Source of the DNA: Eledone cirrhosa
Lineage: Eukaryota
Reading direction: 5' to 3'
Length of the DNA stretch: 64,000 bases
Assembly (NCBI GenBank): GCA_964016885.1
Contig: OZ024751.1
Span: 21,762,001 to 21,826,000 of the forward strand
In this document: piece after piece, positions 62,011 to 64,000 of the stretch
How positions within the stretch are numbered: position 1 is the first letter of the stretch
Layout: each line of letters begins with the position of its first letter
Notes under the pieces: model-generated
The model's database searches: none
What the model was told of the DNA's origin: nothing
The model's input: the letters and a program-made list of their open reading frames with translations, nothing else
Position numbers and translations under genes: made by a program

Positions 62011-64000
62011 CCCCCATTGCGTACTGTTGTAGTTGTTGTAGAAGAAACAGGAAGACAACATCTAATCTAATAAGCAACAAATTATCCGCCACAAACCCTA
62101 CACCAACAGTCAGCAGGAGGTTTGCTTTACCTTTTATCTCCTGCATCTCCCAATGCATTGAGTACTCCCATGATTAGTGGTTTCCCTGGTCTCAGCAGCG
62201 CAGACTCTATATAATTAATTATACATATTTAACTATATATATATATATGTATTAATTATATATAAATAATTAATTCGAGTATATAATATGTAATATAATA
62301 TTATTATATAATATATTATATTATTTATTATTTTTTTTAAAGTTAGCGCGCACGTCAATGATGATTTTGCCACGATAGCATTGACATTTGGAACTGGTGT
62401 CACTAAAGCAGCAAAAACTGTTTTCTAACTTACCTCCACTTGCCAACACTATTTTACAATATCGTAAGCGATATACAGTTTATTTATTCCCGTGTGTGCA
62501 GTAATTATTTAATCATAAACTCTACAAAAACCCTTAGGAAATTACATGTTTATTTCCTTATAAATTCCACACCCCCACCCCAACATACTAAAATAAAAAA
62601 TAACATTAATAGTTAAATAAATAAAAGAAACGGATATATATATATATTTTTTTTTTGTTGCAAAGTTTAAAGCAACATGATGGCGAATGATTTAGAAATA
62701 TTACGAAATCTAAATAGATTTTTTTTTCGTAACCAAATTTCATTTCGAATATTGTCGGCATTTAAATATGTTATTAATATTATCTAATGGCTTATTAATA
62801 TTATTATTATTTACTATCTTTCTCGTATTCAGTAGAACCACCACCGGCTCCCTCTCTTGCGAAACGAGATTTTCAAAAAAAAATTTGTAAATGAAGTAAA
62901 ATAAAATAAAATTTCTAAATAACGTATTTTATTTTACAGAAAACGTTTATATTTTTATTTCATTGACAATAGATCTCCTTTGAAAAACAAAAGAAAATGA
63001 CAATATTTCGTCCGATTCGCCAAATTAAATTACGTATAATAAATATATACACGTTCCTTCGTTTGTGTAAGTGTGAATCGGGCGAGATAATTTGTTAGTT
63101 TTCTTATTTCGAGCGCTATTTGTCGGTAAATAAATTAAATAATGGTTTCTGATTTAGGCACAAGGCCAACACTATTTGGGGAAGGGGAAAGTCGATTAAA
63201 TCGACCCCAATGCGTCACTGATACTTTATTAAATAAGGACGAAAGGCAAAGCTAACCTTGACGAGATTTGAACTCAGAACGTAAATAAATTAAATAATGG
63301 AAGGGCAGGGTAGACTACGTGTGTGTGTGTGTTTTGAACGAATATGGCTTTTATAACTAATTTTCTGTGGGGTCCCTCCCTTCCGGACAAATTAAAAGAT
63401 TATCTCAGGTGCGCTCCCAGGATAAAATTGACACCCAGAAAATCTTCGCAAGTTATATATGTGTGTGTTGAACATTGAAAGTAAAATAAAATCGAATATA
63501 GGTTCATTGTTTTACGATCATTTGTGAGGGCTGACTGATGGTAGATTGATATATCGTCTAGCAGATAGTAATTATGTCACTCTCTATATAAGCAGGTGGA
63601 CATCAGTATATATATATAATGTGTGTGTAGTATGGAATATCTGTAAACATTTCCCATCATGGGATATTTGTTCAAATCTTTCTTGGATTTAATTAAAAAA
63701 CTTTCAAACAAAAATATATTGGAAGCAAAGGTGTGAAATAAAATATATAATGTTTATGATTTGCAAAGGGGATGAACACAAGAGCCAGAAGAAAAAAAAA
63801 GATACGGGAGAAAGCATGTACATTATTTATTACACACAAAGTACCAGTAATACACTAGAATAATTGCTGGCCTTGTGCCAAAAGTAGAAACAATGATTTA
63901 TTACACACTTCAAACGAGAAAAATACCGGTAGTTGCCTTCTAGTCTAGAAGTTCTAGAAATTATTTGGGCAAGCCAAGATACGTCATTCACAAAGATTGA

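Noticed and set aside
42237-64000. CSTF3 exons 1-3
   Set aside because: I searched by eye for NPYD..AW and GR(F/Y)WK.YIE.E coding sequence on the - strand and did not find it; these exons are probably beyond the window.

Overview
This is AT-rich, microsatellite- and SINE-dense metazoan DNA; the repeat landscape suggests an octopod cephalopod (inference). I reconstructed three spliced housekeeping genes by hand. (1) TNPO3/transportin-3: first coding exon only, - strand, 7313-7429. (2) WASHC3/CCDC53: complete, 6 coding exons, 216 aa, + strand, 9954-17105, head-to-head with TNPO3. (3) CSTF3/CstF-77: 18 consecutive exons, 644 aa, - strand, 25775-42236, including one GC-AG intron; its first ~75 codons were not found and probably lie beyond 64000, behind a >21 kb intron. 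Introns carry CR1/L2, RTE, Vingi-like and CRE-like LINE fragments, tRNA-derived SINEs, piggyBac-type MITEs and minisatellites. The most interesting signals: a set of short, (TA)n-associated, often fold-back elements carrying minimal type-I hammerhead ribozyme motifs, including a three-copy family with a long helix II and co-varying stems; a candidate intronic poly(A) site in the CSTF3 intron known for CstF-77/Su(f) autoregulation; an AGG codon at a conserved Gly that A-to-I editing would restore; and several long intronic inverted repeats. All structural calls are by eye and need computational checking.
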